The notes beneath the pieces are model-generated. The model had not been told where the DNA came from, did not search any database, and saw nothing but the letters and a program-made list of their open reading frames with translations. A stretch of 64,000 nt of DNA from an uncultured Chthonomonadaceae bacterium. Its GTDB lineage: Bacteria > Armatimonadota > Chthonomonadetes > Chthonomonadales > Chthonomonadaceae. Of the stretch, positions 53,294 to 64,000 are shown piece by piece. How positions within the stretch are numbered: position 1 is the first letter of the stretch; each line of letters starts with the position of its first letter. The stretch is from contig CAWIEK010000042.1 in the NCBI GenBank assembly GCA_963835065.1, forward strand, positions 47,731-111,730, in the 5' to 3' direction. The translations under genes were made by a program, and so were the position numbers.

Positions 53294-53340
53294 GGTTTCT
53301 CCTCATCAAGCCTACTCACAAACTGCTTGCTCTGACAGTC

Positions 53341-53369
53341 ATTATAACAAAGGCATCCTTGACTGTCAA
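53341..53369 (-). promoter_or_regulatory. Consensus sigma70 promoter
   Basis: TTGACA-17-TATAAT with TG extension, 47 nt upstream of ATG 53293. Confidence 0.85.
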
Positions 53370-53484
53370 CCAATCTTTAGAAACGAAAGGAGTCAGGCAA
53401 TATTCTGCCCAACTCCTTTCTTGATTGTCTCGCCTGCCAACGCTGACGGCTTCTGCATACGCCATTGATTTGGCAGGCATGGGA

Positions 53485-55284
53485 TTAGTCTTTGGCGGTC
53501 AGGCCGGTCAGCCATATACCTGCGCCGACAACCACATTGCCCGCAACCCACGCGAGGGAGGGGAGCAGTCCCAGGTCCACGCCCATCGGAACGGTGTGGC
53601 GCAGGAACTCCCAGCCCAGGTGCAGGGTCAGGCCGCAGGACAGCCAGCCCAGACAGCGCAGTTCGTCCTTGCCCTTTGCGCCCAAGAGCAGCAGGGCGGC
53701 GGGAACGAGAACGCTATGCGCAATGATATTAATATGGGACGACATACCCAGATAGCCCATCAGCCAGTCGGGGAACAGCAGGCCGAACGAGAACGCGGCG
53801 GTTGTCCAGATGGGGTACGGGTCGCGTTCGCCCTTTTTGGCGCGGGATTTGCCAACGAAATAGCAGCCTCCGAACAGCGCCAGCACGAACCAGAATCGGG
53901 CTACGCCGTCGCCATACGTGTTCGCCGCCAGTTTTGCCGCGCCCGCCGCGTCCACGATTCCCGCGCCGTACTTTTCTTTCGGGCCGTCCACTTTCTGCGC
54001 CGACTTTTGCAAAACCGCGCGCACGTCCTGCGGGTTTTTTACGCCCTTCGATTCGATCAGAGCCGCAATCGCCGCGACGTGGGGCGACGCCATAGACGTG
54101 CCCTGAAACCCGTAGTAATCGTCCTTGCCCTGAAAGACGGTGTTTTGCAGGATTTTGCCTTCAGCGGGACCGCCTACCTGCGAGTTGCCGCCCGGCGCGG
54201 CAATGGCTACCTGCTTGCCCCACGAGGAGTAGAAACTAAGCTGCTTGGTCGGGCCGATGGCCGAAACCGCGATGCACTCCGGGAAACCGGCGGGATAGCC
54301 CACGCCCTCGCGCCCTGAGTTGCCTGCCGCGCAGACAATCGTAACGCCCTTTTTGTAAGCGTACTCGCAGGCCGAACCCATCAGTTTGTCGGGATACGGC
54401 CCGCCCAAACTCATGTTAATAACTTTCGCGCCATGATCCGCCGCCCACCGGATGCCTTCGCCGATGTCCGCCGACGTGCCGCCGCCCTGCGCGCTCAGTA
54501 CCTTGATCGGCATCACGGTGGACTCGAACGCCAGCCCCGCTACGCCCTCGTTGTTGTCGGTGCTTTCCGCAATCGTTCCGGCAACGTGTGTCCCGTGTCC
54601 CTGATCGTCGTAGGGAATATCGTCCTTGTTGACGAAATCATGGCCTTTGGCGAATTTGGTTTCTTTGAAGTCGCGGGCGATTTTCCCCTTGCGGCTGTCG
54701 GCATACGCGACGCCCGTATCAATCACGGCAACGGTCACGCCCTTGCCTTTGGTGATTTCCCACGCTTCTTCGGCCTTGACCACTTGGAAGTTCCACTGTT
54801 CGCCGTAGCGTGGATCGTTGGGTTTCCAGCGCGCGCCGTCACTGTCTGATTTGGCCGGAGTTTCCGCGCTTGTTTCTTCCGTCTGCACGTCGGGATCGCG
54901 GTACAAATGTTCCACGTCCGCCACTTCCACGCGGGCATCGCTGCGCAGCGTGTCCAGCGCCTGCTGAACGTTCGCGCCATCGGGCAGGGTGACGCGGGCA
55001 ACGCCGGTTTCCGCGCCCATATCGCTGTTATAGATGATGCTTGCGCCCACCTTTTGGCTCAGTTCGGCCAATGTTTCGCTGTTGGAACCGGGCTTCAACT
55101 GCAATTCCAGCGTGTTGGGCAACGTCCATTGCGCGTCCGTGTCGTAGCCCGTATCGGATGCTGTTTGAAACACAGAAGCCACCGTATGGCTTTGCCGCCA
55201 CGCCTGCACCGTCGGCACGGCAGCCCCGGTCAGCACAAGCGCGGCAAGCGCGCGCCCCGCAAAGGAAACAGATTTAGAAGGCAT
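53485..55284 (-). CDS. S8 (subtilisin-like) serine peptidase with C-terminal multi-TM domain
   Basis: VAVIDTG, HGTHVAG, AAGN, GTSMASPHVA; signal peptide; ~5 C-terminal TMs. Confidence 0.95.
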   Translation of the reverse strand: MPSKSVSFAGRALAALVLTGAAVPTVQAWRQSHTVASVFQTASDTGYDTDAQWTLPNTLELQLKPGSNSETLAELSQKVGASIIYNSDMGAETGVARVTLPDGANVQQALDTLRSDARVEVADVEHLYRDPDVQTEETSAETPAKSDSDGARWKPNDPRYGEQWNFQVVKAEEAWEITKGKGVTVAVIDTGVAYADSRKGKIARDFKETKFAKGHDFVNKDDIPYDDQGHGTHVAGTIAESTDNNEGVAGLAFESTVMPIKVLSAQGGGTSADIGEGIRWAADHGAKVINMSLGGPYPDKLMGSACEYAYKKGVTIVCAAGNSGREGVGYPAGFPECIAVSAIGPTKQLSFYSSWGKQVAIAAPGGNSQVGGPAEGKILQNTVFQGKDDYYGFQGTSMASPHVAAIAALIESKGVKNPQDVRAVLQKSAQKVDGPKEKYGAGIVDAAGAAKLAANTYGDGVARFWFVLALFGGCYFVGKSRAKKGERDPYPIWTTAAFSFGLLFPDWLMGYLGMSSHINIIAHSVLVPAALLLLGAKGKDELRCLGWLSCGLTLHLGWEFLRHTVPMGVDLGLLPSLAWVAGNVVVGAGIWLTGLTAKD

Positions 55285-55304
55285 GTAATCCTCTCTTCTT
55301 TAAG

Positions 55305-55408
55305 ATATTAGGATTAGGCATTAGGCAGAAGATAGAAGGCAGAAGACAGAAGACAGAAGGTATTTGTATCTACTGCCTACTGCCTACTGCCTGAAGCCTA
55401 CTGCCTTC
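55305..55408. repeat. Degenerate heptamer inverted repeat (GGCAGAA/GGCATTA versus CTACTGC)
   Basis: Direct reading. Confidence 0.75.
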
Positions 55409-55609
55409 CTACGACTTCGACTGCGGCAGCCAATCGGGATGCTTGTCGGCGATGTATTGATAACGATCCAACATATCTCCCGTCATTTCGTTGAACAGCG
55501 GGGTTCCGCCCATATACACGCTGTCCTTTGGGTCGCCGAACTCGTTCAGCCCCTCTTTTTCGATCTTGGCGTCAATCAGTTTCTTTTGTTCGGGTGTCAA
55601 TTCAGGCAT
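55409..55609 (-). CDS. Small protein with LNxxG...GGTPxFNExTG motif (paralog 1)
   Basis: GGAG RBS; motif shared with 55741-55920. Confidence 0.75.
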   Translation of the reverse strand: MPELTPEQKKLIDAKIEKEGLNEFGDPKDSVYMGGTPLFNEMTGDMLDRYQYIADKHPDWLPQSKS

Positions 55610-55627
55610 GATGCTCTCCAGGTTAGA

Positions 55628-55735
55628 GGTTTCAGGTTTCAGGTTTCAGGTGTCAGAATTCCCTTTTTCATCTCTTGAATTCCATATCTGCAAAAGTGGA
55701 GCAGAGCATTTTCTGACACCTGAAACCTGAAACCT
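55628..55735. repeat. Heptamer (AGGTTTC)n inverted repeat
   Basis: AGGTTTCAGGTTTCAGGTGTCAGAA versus TTCTGACACCTGAAACCTGAAACCT. Confidence 0.88.
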
Positions 55736-55740
55736 TTCTC

Positions 55741-55920
55741 CTACTTCGCCCATTTGAAATTCTTGCGCAGCAGTTTTTCCGCCGGCGTGAGATACTTGCC
55801 GGTGGCTTCGTTGAAATCGGGCGTGCCGCCGGCGTGGACGGTTTCTTTGCGCTTGCCCTGCTGGTTTAGTTTTTGGGAGCGGTTCTGCTCGTCTTTGGCG
55901 ACGTCTTTTAGTTTTGCCAT
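55741..55920 (-). CDS. Small basic protein with LNxxG...GGTPxFNExTG motif (paralog 2, 59 aa)
   Basis: AGGAGG RBS before ATG 55920; MAKLKD...GGTPDFNEATGKYL. Confidence 0.75.
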   Translation of the reverse strand: MAKLKDVAKDEQNRSQKLNQQGKRKETVHAGGTPDFNEATGKYLTPAEKLLRKNFKWAK

Positions 55921-56448
55921 GATGGAATTGCCTCCTGCGCGGGAATAGAGATTGCGGGTTGAAGAGAATAGCGGGCGTGTCTGCAAATACGGCGAAGATG
56001 AATCGCCGTAAGAACAAAGCCTATGCCAGTATAGACGCAACAGTTGCCGATTTCGTTTCAAAACGGGAAACTTACACGGCGTCGGGTTGACAGCAAGAGG
56101 TTCTTTGCTTTTGCGGCAAATCTTTCTGCTTTTCTGGCAAAATTTTCTGATTTTTATGGTTTTTTCATAAATTTGTGGTTTCTTATAGGAAGGAGCGCCC
56201 ACTATCGGCATTGCTCTTGCTTTGCCGGACATTCTCCGTCGTCTCCGTGCCTTCCCCCCGGCACAATACTTTCTACTCTCGCAAGCGGTTTGAACGCTGT
56301 TACTTGACTTAGCGGCGGGGCATTGAAAGTTTGTAGTTCCTGTATGCCTATCAACTACGAACTATCAACTATCAACTGCTTCGTTGGCGGCGTTTCCGCT
56401 TGCCACTGCGCAACAGACGTTTTGCGCGAGGAAAGGATGCCAATCATC

Positions 56449-57600
56449 ATGCGACAATCCCGGTGGCTCTGCGCCACGCTTGCCTTGCCCCTTTTGCTGA
56501 CTGCCCTGCCCGGATGCGGCGGAGGCAGTGGAGGCGGACTCGTAGACAATGGTTCCGGCACGTCTGCGACCCGCAGCGCGCCCCTTGAAGTGTACATCAC
56601 GGACGCTTTCAGCGACACGTACAAGCAGGTGCTTGTCACGCTGTACAAAATCGAACTTTCCACGGACGGAACCACTTACACGACTGTATACAGCAGCGAC
56701 GCGGGGCAGACCGTTGACTTTAGAGCGCTTTCCAGCACGGCGCAGCTGCTTTCCACGGTGACCGTGCCGACGGGAACCTACAAATCCGCCCGCATTACGT
56801 TCGGCGACCACATTAATCTCGTGGCGCAGGACGGCACAAGCACAAGTACGGCGGTAGATACCAGTTTAGGAACGGACACCAACGGCCAGATCGCCATCGT
56901 GGTTCCCACCCCGACCAAAGTACAGGCAGGGCAAACCGCGACGGTTCTTGTAGACTTCAAGCTGGCGGGCTTCAAGCTCGTTGGCAGCGTCCTGCAGCCG
57001 CAAATCGCGTGTGGAGATGGGGGCATGATCGGCACGAAAGCGCGCGGCGGGCATCTGATGGGTACGGTTGCCGGTTTTAACGGTACAACCGGCTTCACCC
57101 TGCAAGGCGAACACGGGCGTACCATCACCGTCGCCCTGACCGCCACAACCACGATCACCAGCGGGCAGACGGGAAGCGCGATCACGCTTGCCAACGGCCA
57201 GAGCGTGACGGTAGATGGCAGCTACGATGCCACCACCCAAACGCTGACGGCAACCTCCGTCGTGCTGAATGACTACACCACCATTGCCCGCGCGCAGGCG
57301 CGTGGAACTGTTGCCAGTGTGACCGGCAACACCTTTGTCCTTACCATCACGCAAGCGGAACACTTCCAGCCGACGGGCGGAACCATTACGGTGACAACCG
57401 ACGCCAACACCCGCTTCCCCAATGGCCGCCAGTCGCAGGGCAGCATTGCCAATGTCACGGTTGGCAGCGCCATCGGCGTCATGGGTTCGTTCGATACGCC
57501 CAGCCAAACCCTGACCGCAACCGCCGTGCTGCTGAAACAGGATATGCCGGGGCATGGGCAATTTGGTCCCGGCGGCAATGGCGGATCGAGTAACCATTAG
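56449..57600 (+). CDS. Lipoprotein with DUF4382-like and DUF5666-like domains
   Basis: Lipobox LPGC; VYITDA...VPTGTY...VLVDF; two G.V..V...F.L OB-like repeats. Confidence 0.78.
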   Translation: MRQSRWLCATLALPLLLTALPGCGGGSGGGLVDNGSGTSATRSAPLEVYITDAFSDTYKQVLVTLYKIELSTDGTTYTTVYSSDAGQTVDFRALSSTAQLLSTVTVPTGTYKSARITFGDHINLVAQDGTSTSTAVDTSLGTDTNGQIAIVVPTPTKVQAGQTATVLVDFKLAGFKLVGSVLQPQIACGDGGMIGTKARGGHLMGTVAGFNGTTGFTLQGEHGRTITVALTATTTITSGQTGSAITLANGQSVTVDGSYDATTQTLTATSVVLNDYTTIARAQARGTVASVTGNTFVLTITQAEHFQPTGGTITVTTDANTRFPNGRQSQGSIANVTVGSAIGVMGSFDTPSQTLTATAVLLKQDMPGHGQFGPGGNGGSSNH

Positions 57601-57656
57601 GCTGCATTCCCTGTAGCGTATTAACGCTCACAGGGTTATGAGAAGGTCTGAAATCG

Positions 57657-57710
57657 GCCTGCACCCACTTTTGTTGCATTTTTTTGCAAAGAGTGGGTGC
57701 AGGCTGTTTT
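57657..57710 (+). terminator. Intrinsic terminator
   Basis: GCCTGCACCCACT/AGTGGGTGCAGGC stem plus TGTTTT. Confidence 0.7.
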
Positions 57711-57822
57711 GACAGTTAAGATAGCGCCGCGCGCAGCCAAAAATAAATTCCATTATCATCAACACTCAAAGAAGAGGCAAATACCACAACTCAACGACGA
57801 GACAACTTTGGAGGCTTTTTCT

Positions 57823-57984
57823 ATGTTAGTTCGCGCGACAACCAAACTCAACAACACCTATTTACACCGTTCGCTGCATCGGCATTTGCTGACATTTCGG
57901 CAGTCCGGCGCGGAACCTAAATCTTGGAGCGTACCCACCACGCGCCTGCGCGCCCGCAAACAAGCCGAGCGTATCGGTAAATAG
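57823..57984 (+). CDS. Possible small basic protein (53 aa)
   Basis: GGAGG RBS 8 nt before ATG; no recognisable motif. Confidence 0.35.
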   Translation: MLVRATTKLNNTYLHRSLHRHLLTFRQSGAEPKSWSVPTTRLRARKQAERIGK

Positions 57985-58001
57985 CTGTTGCTTTGAAATA
58001 A

Positions 58002-58067
58002 CCTCACCGGGCGTCCACTTGTGGACATACCCCTCTCCTGGCCGCTCCTGCGTCGCTAAGAGAGGGG
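58002..58067. repeat. REP-like palindromic element, copy 2
   Basis: Reverse complement shares GAGAGGG..TGTCCACAAGTGGACGCCCGG.GAGG with 1001-1060. Confidence 0.7.
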
Positions 58068-58192
58068 CTTTTCTTTTACTTCCTCTTCTAACTGGCGACG
58101 CGCAGGTAAATAATCAAAATTTTGCGAAATCATTGTTAAGTCGCCAACAAAACGCCCTCGCTGATGCACTATAGAGGTGAGGAGTTTTCCCA

Positions 58193-58903
58193 ATGACCTT
58201 TGATGAGAACAAACTGGTACGGCAATTTCAGCAGGGCGGCGCGGAGGCGTTCGATACGATTTATCGGCTGTATGGGGAGCGTATCTACCGTTTCTGCTAC
58301 CGCTTGTGCGGGCGGGCTGCGGACGCCGAGGACTTGACGCAAGAGGTGTTTGTTGCGGCTTTTCAGGGCATGACGCGCTTTGAGGGACGGGCCACGCTTG
58401 CCACCTGGCTATACCGCATCGCTCTGTATCAGTGGCGGCGCAGGCAGGCCACGTATCCGGCCCATGCGTTACTGACCGAAGAGACGCTTGGGGATGCGCA
58501 GGGCGCGGACATGGCGGCGTTAAGCATAGACAACGTCCTGTTGGCGCAGGCGCTTGCCACATTGCCGCCCGATTTGTACGAAGCGTTCCTGCTCGTGAAA
58601 ATGGAAGGGTTGACGTACCGGGAAGCGGCTGTCGCTCTGGACGCGCCGCAGGGAACCATTCAGTACCGGGTGCATGAGGCCATGATGCGATTGCGCGAAC
58701 GGCTGCAAAACGCCGAAGCCGAACCGGAGGCAACAGCAGGCCAAATCCTGCCGCCGCAAAAGCCGCCGCCGCAAACGATGCAAACGCAAACGGCGCAGGT
58801 ACAAACGGTACAAACACAATCTATACAAGCGCAATCCGCGCAGGCGCAAGACTCGCGCCGGGAACTGAAGGATTTTCAGGAGCAAACAAGCCATGCAATG
58901 TAA
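58193..58903 (+). CDS. ECF sigma factor with Gln-rich C-terminal extension
   Basis: DAEDLTQEVF, TWLYRIA, GLTYREAA, GTIQYRVH. Confidence 0.93.
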   Translation: MTFDENKLVRQFQQGGAEAFDTIYRLYGERIYRFCYRLCGRAADAEDLTQEVFVAAFQGMTRFEGRATLATWLYRIALYQWRRRQATYPAHALLTEETLGDAQGADMAALSIDNVLLAQALATLPPDLYEAFLLVKMEGLTYREAAVALDAPQGTIQYRVHEAMMRLRERLQNAEAEPEATAGQILPPQKPPPQTMQTQTAQVQTVQTQSIQAQSAQAQDSRRELKDFQEQTSHAM

Positions 58904-59894
58904 AGACGCGCTGGAACAATTAAATGCGCTGGCGGATGGGGAAGCGCGCGGCTGGAACCGCGTTTGTCTGCGGCGACACGTGAAAGGCTGCCCGGCCTGC
59001 GCCCAATCCTACCAACAAATCGAGGCAATGAACATTCGGGCGCAGGCATGGCGGGATGTCGCCGCGCTGCCCGGTTTGCAGGCGCGCGTTCAAATGGCGC
59101 TGAATGAAGCGCCGGTGCGTTCCTCCGAGGTCGGTGACAGAATTCGCCCTGCGCGACCAACATTCACGCGCGGTTTGCGCGCAGTTACGATGATTGGCGC
59201 GGTGAGCGTGGTACTGGGCGCGTTTGCGTTTCTTCATTCGGACAAACAGACGGGCGGGCCGAGTCAGGGCATGGCATTCGCGGCGGTCAGGCAGGCCATG
59301 CGCCGGGTGAAAACCATTCACTTCCACATAACAGTCACCGCTTCGGAGGGAATGACGGAGGGAAACAACGGTTTCTCCGCCGGCCCGCCTACGGAATACT
59401 GGGTGCAGCTTTCCCCCTATGTCACTGCCTGTCATGAGGCGGACGGCACACAACACCTGCGGACGGCGAAAGGTGACACGATTTATCATCCACAAACGGG
59501 GCTTGTGGAAACGGACGCCTACAGCCCGGCAGATAAAGAGCTGCTTGACTTCATTATTGCGCCCGATCCGCCTTCCCACACAAAGGCCGGGGTTAAATCG
59601 GGCGCAAAACAGTGGGAAAGCGCGCGGGTGATGCAGGAAGGTCGGGAACTGACGCGGTTTGTCAGCCGGGAAGTGACGCCACTGGCCGGTGAGCCGCCCC
59701 ACGATCTGCTGTCGGAGTATACGGTGTTGGCCGATCCGCAAACAAACCTGGTCGTCCGCAGCGATTTGAAACTCACGGACCGAGCGGAGGGCAAGCCCAC
59801 AGGATGGATCAAGATGACGCTGTACGACTTCCATTATAATGAGACGCCGCCGGGGGGAACCTTCGATTTGCGCCCTCCCACCACGCGGCGCTGA
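58893..59894 (+). CDS. Zinc-finger anti-sigma factor with TM and periplasmic domain
   Basis: MQC...HVKGCPAC; TM segment; overlaps sigma stop. Confidence 0.85.
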   Translation: MQCKDALEQLNALADGEARGWNRVCLRRHVKGCPACAQSYQQIEAMNIRAQAWRDVAALPGLQARVQMALNEAPVRSSEVGDRIRPARPTFTRGLRAVTMIGAVSVVLGAFAFLHSDKQTGGPSQGMAFAAVRQAMRRVKTIHFHITVTASEGMTEGNNGFSAGPPTEYWVQLSPYVTACHEADGTQHLRTAKGDTIYHPQTGLVETDAYSPADKELLDFIIAPDPPSHTKAGVKSGAKQWESARVMQEGRELTRFVSREVTPLAGEPPHDLLSEYTVLADPQTNLVVRSDLKLTDRAEGKPTGWIKMTLYDFHYNETPPGGTFDLRPPTTRR

Positions 59895-59985
59895 GGGAAG
59901 GATCAAGCGGGCGAGGAAAGCAGATAAAACTTTCCGCGCCCGTTTTGGCAGGTTTAGTTTCATCGGCCTATGGTATAATGCGGCA

Positions 59986-61527
<1,542 letters not shown>

Positions 61528-61748
61528 TATCCCGCGCAAGAAGACGTTGACCAACGGACGCAGCCAACTGGGAGAAAGTAATCGCCTCTGGTATATGGTT
61601 CCAGTTTTTGGTATATGCAGGATTTAGCTGTTGAAATGGATAATCACTTCGTGTGGAATTAGACGCTCAACTTCAGTCCACCAACGCACATTAAGAAGCA
61701 TAAAAGTGTATACTATAATACATGGTGTGCGTATAGGAGTACACAACC

Positions 61749-62902
61749 ATGCCAGACAATAATTTCTTCGACGTCAGCAAGGAGCAGTCCAGAGTCAAGG
61801 CTGCTATTGTTACCAAATACTTTGAAGTATGGGCAAATGTAATGATTGGAACTCAGGATCAATACGGAGGAAGATACGGAAAACGCATCTTGTACCTAGA
61901 CCTGTTTGCCGGGCCAGGCCGCTACGCAGATGGTACAACTTCCACTCCTTTGCTTATTCTTGAGATAGCAATCAACCATCCGAAGCTCCGCGAACGCCTA
62001 TCTGTCATCTTCAACGATAGAGACGAAGACAATACTCGGTTCTTTGCAGACAGCCATTAACAACCTGCCAGGGTATCCAATCTCTGCATTACAAACCAGT
62101 TGTCCATAATGAGATTGTGGGTGACGAGATTGTAAAAATGTTTGAACAATCGCAATTGCAGCCTACATTCTTCTTCATTGATCCGTGGGGATACAAAGGC
62201 TTGTCTTTGCAGTTAGTAAACTCTGTGCTAAAAGATTGGGGATGTGATTGCGTCTTTTTCTTCAATTACACTCGCATCAATATGGGACTTCCTAATGCCA
62301 GTGTTGAAGAACCTTTGAACGCCCTGTTTGGCAAGAGCCGCGCAGACGCTTTACGTACCCGTATCAATGGGCTTTCGCCGGAAGAGCGAGAACTTACCAT
62401 TGTTGAGGAATTATGTGAAGCTCTCAAAGCTACTGTGAGATCATCGCAGAACGCAACGGCTGAACCCTATGTACTCCCATTCCGCTTCAAAAATGACAGT
62501 GGCAAACGCACTAGTCATCATCTGATCTTTGTGAGTAAGGGCTTCAAAGGCTATGAACTCATGAAGAAGATCATGGCGAAAGCGAGTTCTGAGCAAAATG
62601 AAGGAGTAGCTACATTTGAATATAGCCCAGCCAGTATCCGTCAACCCTTGCTTTTTCAGCTCAATCAACCCTTGAGTGAGTTGGGGGAAGCGATTTTGAT
62701 GTACTTTGCCGGGCGTACATTGACCATGCAACAGATTTATATGGAACACAATGTAGGTAGAAGGTACATCAAGCAAAACTACAAAGACGCTCTAATGTCT
62801 CTGGAGAAAGAGAACAAAATAACCGTTATGTCCCCTCCCGGCAAAAATAGGAGGGCAAATTCTTTTGCTGATGATTTGAGGGTGACATTTCCTCAGCTAT
62901 AG
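61749..62902 (+). CDS. tcmP: Three-Cys-motif partner protein TcmP (SAM-methyltransferase-like + wHTH), frameshifted at ~62040-62073
   Basis: YLDLFAGPGRY, FFFIDPWGY; intervening frames read SLQTAINNLP then GIQSLHYKP, joining the two ORFs; adjacent to DUF5131. Confidence 0.82.
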
Positions 62903-62925
62903 AAAGGTTTGACAGGTCCGAGAAC

Positions 62926-63684
62926 ATGGGATTCAACTCTAGCATCGAGTGGACAACACATACATTCAATCCTTGGTGGGGATGTACAAAGGTATCGGAT
63001 GGATGTAAGTTCTGCTATGCGGAGACGCTATCCAAGCGCTATGGACATAGTGTGTGGGGGCCAGGAAAAGCTCGTCGTTTGATGAGCGACAATCATTGGC
63101 AAGAACCTGTTAAATGGAACAAACAGGCACAAGAAGAAGGCACTCGCTACCGAGTATTCTGTGCATCAATGGCTGATGTGTTCGATGAACAAACGCCTGA
63201 AGGTCAGTTGAACCGGTTATGGGAACTCATTCGAGTAACGCCATATCTTGACTGGCAATTACTGACCAAACGCCCTCAGCGCATTTCAGAAAATCTTCCC
63301 CACGATTGGGGGGAAGGTTACTCTAATGTTTGGCTTGGAACAAGTGTTGAAGATAGACGAGTGGTAGATAGGATCGAGCATCTTGTAGCAATCCCTGCTA
63401 TCATTCACTTTTTGAGTTTGGAGCCTTTAATTGGCCCGCTGTACAATCTGCCGCTAAAGGAAATAGATTGGGTTATTGTTGGCGGAGAATCCGGCGCAGG
63501 AGCAAGGCCGGTAGATAAGGCTTGGGTTCTTGATATCCGCAGCCAGTGTTGTATTGCTGATGTGCCCTTCTTTTTCAAGCAGTGGGGAGGCGTGAACAAA
63601 AAGAAAGCAGGCAGAGAACTAGAGGGACGTTTCTACAATGAAATGCCTACATCTGGGCAAGAAGCAACTACTCTAACTTTCTGA
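62926..63684 (+). CDS. DUF5131 (phage Gp37Gp68-like) radical-SAM-like protein
   Basis: SIEWT..TFNPWWGCTKVSDGCKFCYA (Cx6Cx2C), LLTKRP, WVIVGGESG, FFFKQWG. Confidence 0.93.
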   Translation: MGFNSSIEWTTHTFNPWWGCTKVSDGCKFCYAETLSKRYGHSVWGPGKARRLMSDNHWQEPVKWNKQAQEEGTRYRVFCASMADVFDEQTPEGQLNRLWELIRVTPYLDWQLLTKRPQRISENLPHDWGEGYSNVWLGTSVEDRRVVDRIEHLVAIPAIIHFLSLEPLIGPLYNLPLKEIDWVIVGGESGAGARPVDKAWVLDIRSQCCIADVPFFFKQWGGVNKKKAGRELEGRFYNEMPTSGQEATTLTF

Positions 63685-64000
63685 GTTCAGAGTATAACAA
63701 GATTTTTCAATAGAGTTTTCCCAACAAGCCTCTCTCACAAAAGGTGCTTGTTGCTTACTGCAGGAAGTTCGCCAGTAGGAAGAGCGGAGTATAACAGACA
63801 AAGATAAAACATACCTGTCCTGTTTGTGGACCCGATCAACTTGCAGAATCTCCAGCAGATAACATGATTTGTCCGTGTTGCGGAACGGAATTCGGCTATC
63901 ACGATTTCTCCTTCTCGTATGCCGAACTGCGACGAAAAGGGCTTGACGCAGGCGCTTCGTGGCACAGCCGCCGCATCTTGCCGCCTGCCCGCATACTTGA

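Noticed and set aside
37108..56377. Short tandem repeats as CRISPR arrays
   Set aside because: Units are 7-8 nt with no unique spacers between repeats, and no cas genes are present
63735..63965. 76-aa minus-strand ORF at window end
   Set aside because: No RBS or motif; context truncated

Overview
GC-rich bacterial chromosomal window, probably Armatimonadota. That assignment is an inference from gene repertoire and protein style, not a database result. From 1 to 14 kb lie a redoxin and three very large secreted/surface proteins on the minus strand; two are broken by many frameshifts, probably low-coverage long-read errors. The rest contains: PhzF; a YHYH protein followed by an MbnP-MbnH (di-heme peroxidase) fusion; two glycoside hydrolases; housekeeping genes (pyrG, type-B rpmE, cysS, DUF1385, an M24 peptidase); a Y1/HUH transposase flanked by perfect 75-bp inverted repeats; an MFP-RND-MarR-TolC efflux operon; an OGG1-type glycosylase; a c-di-GMP cluster (two PilZ plus HD-GYP/GAF/GGDEF); two ECF sigma/anti-sigma loci; an S8 protease; a tandem-PAS histidine kinase; and an AT-richer TcmP + DUF5131 pair. 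The most notable non-obvious signals are four. (1) A ~970-bp cassette (small protein + retropepsin-like protease with a perfect sigma70 promoter) is bounded by a 129-bp duplication of the S8 gene 3' end. (2) The pyrG leader starts GGGC and folds directly into a terminator. (3) Heptamer-built inverted repeats recur across the window and also sit in frame inside proteins. (4) MbnP and MbnH are fused in one polypeptide. No rRNA, tRNA or CRISPR array was seen.
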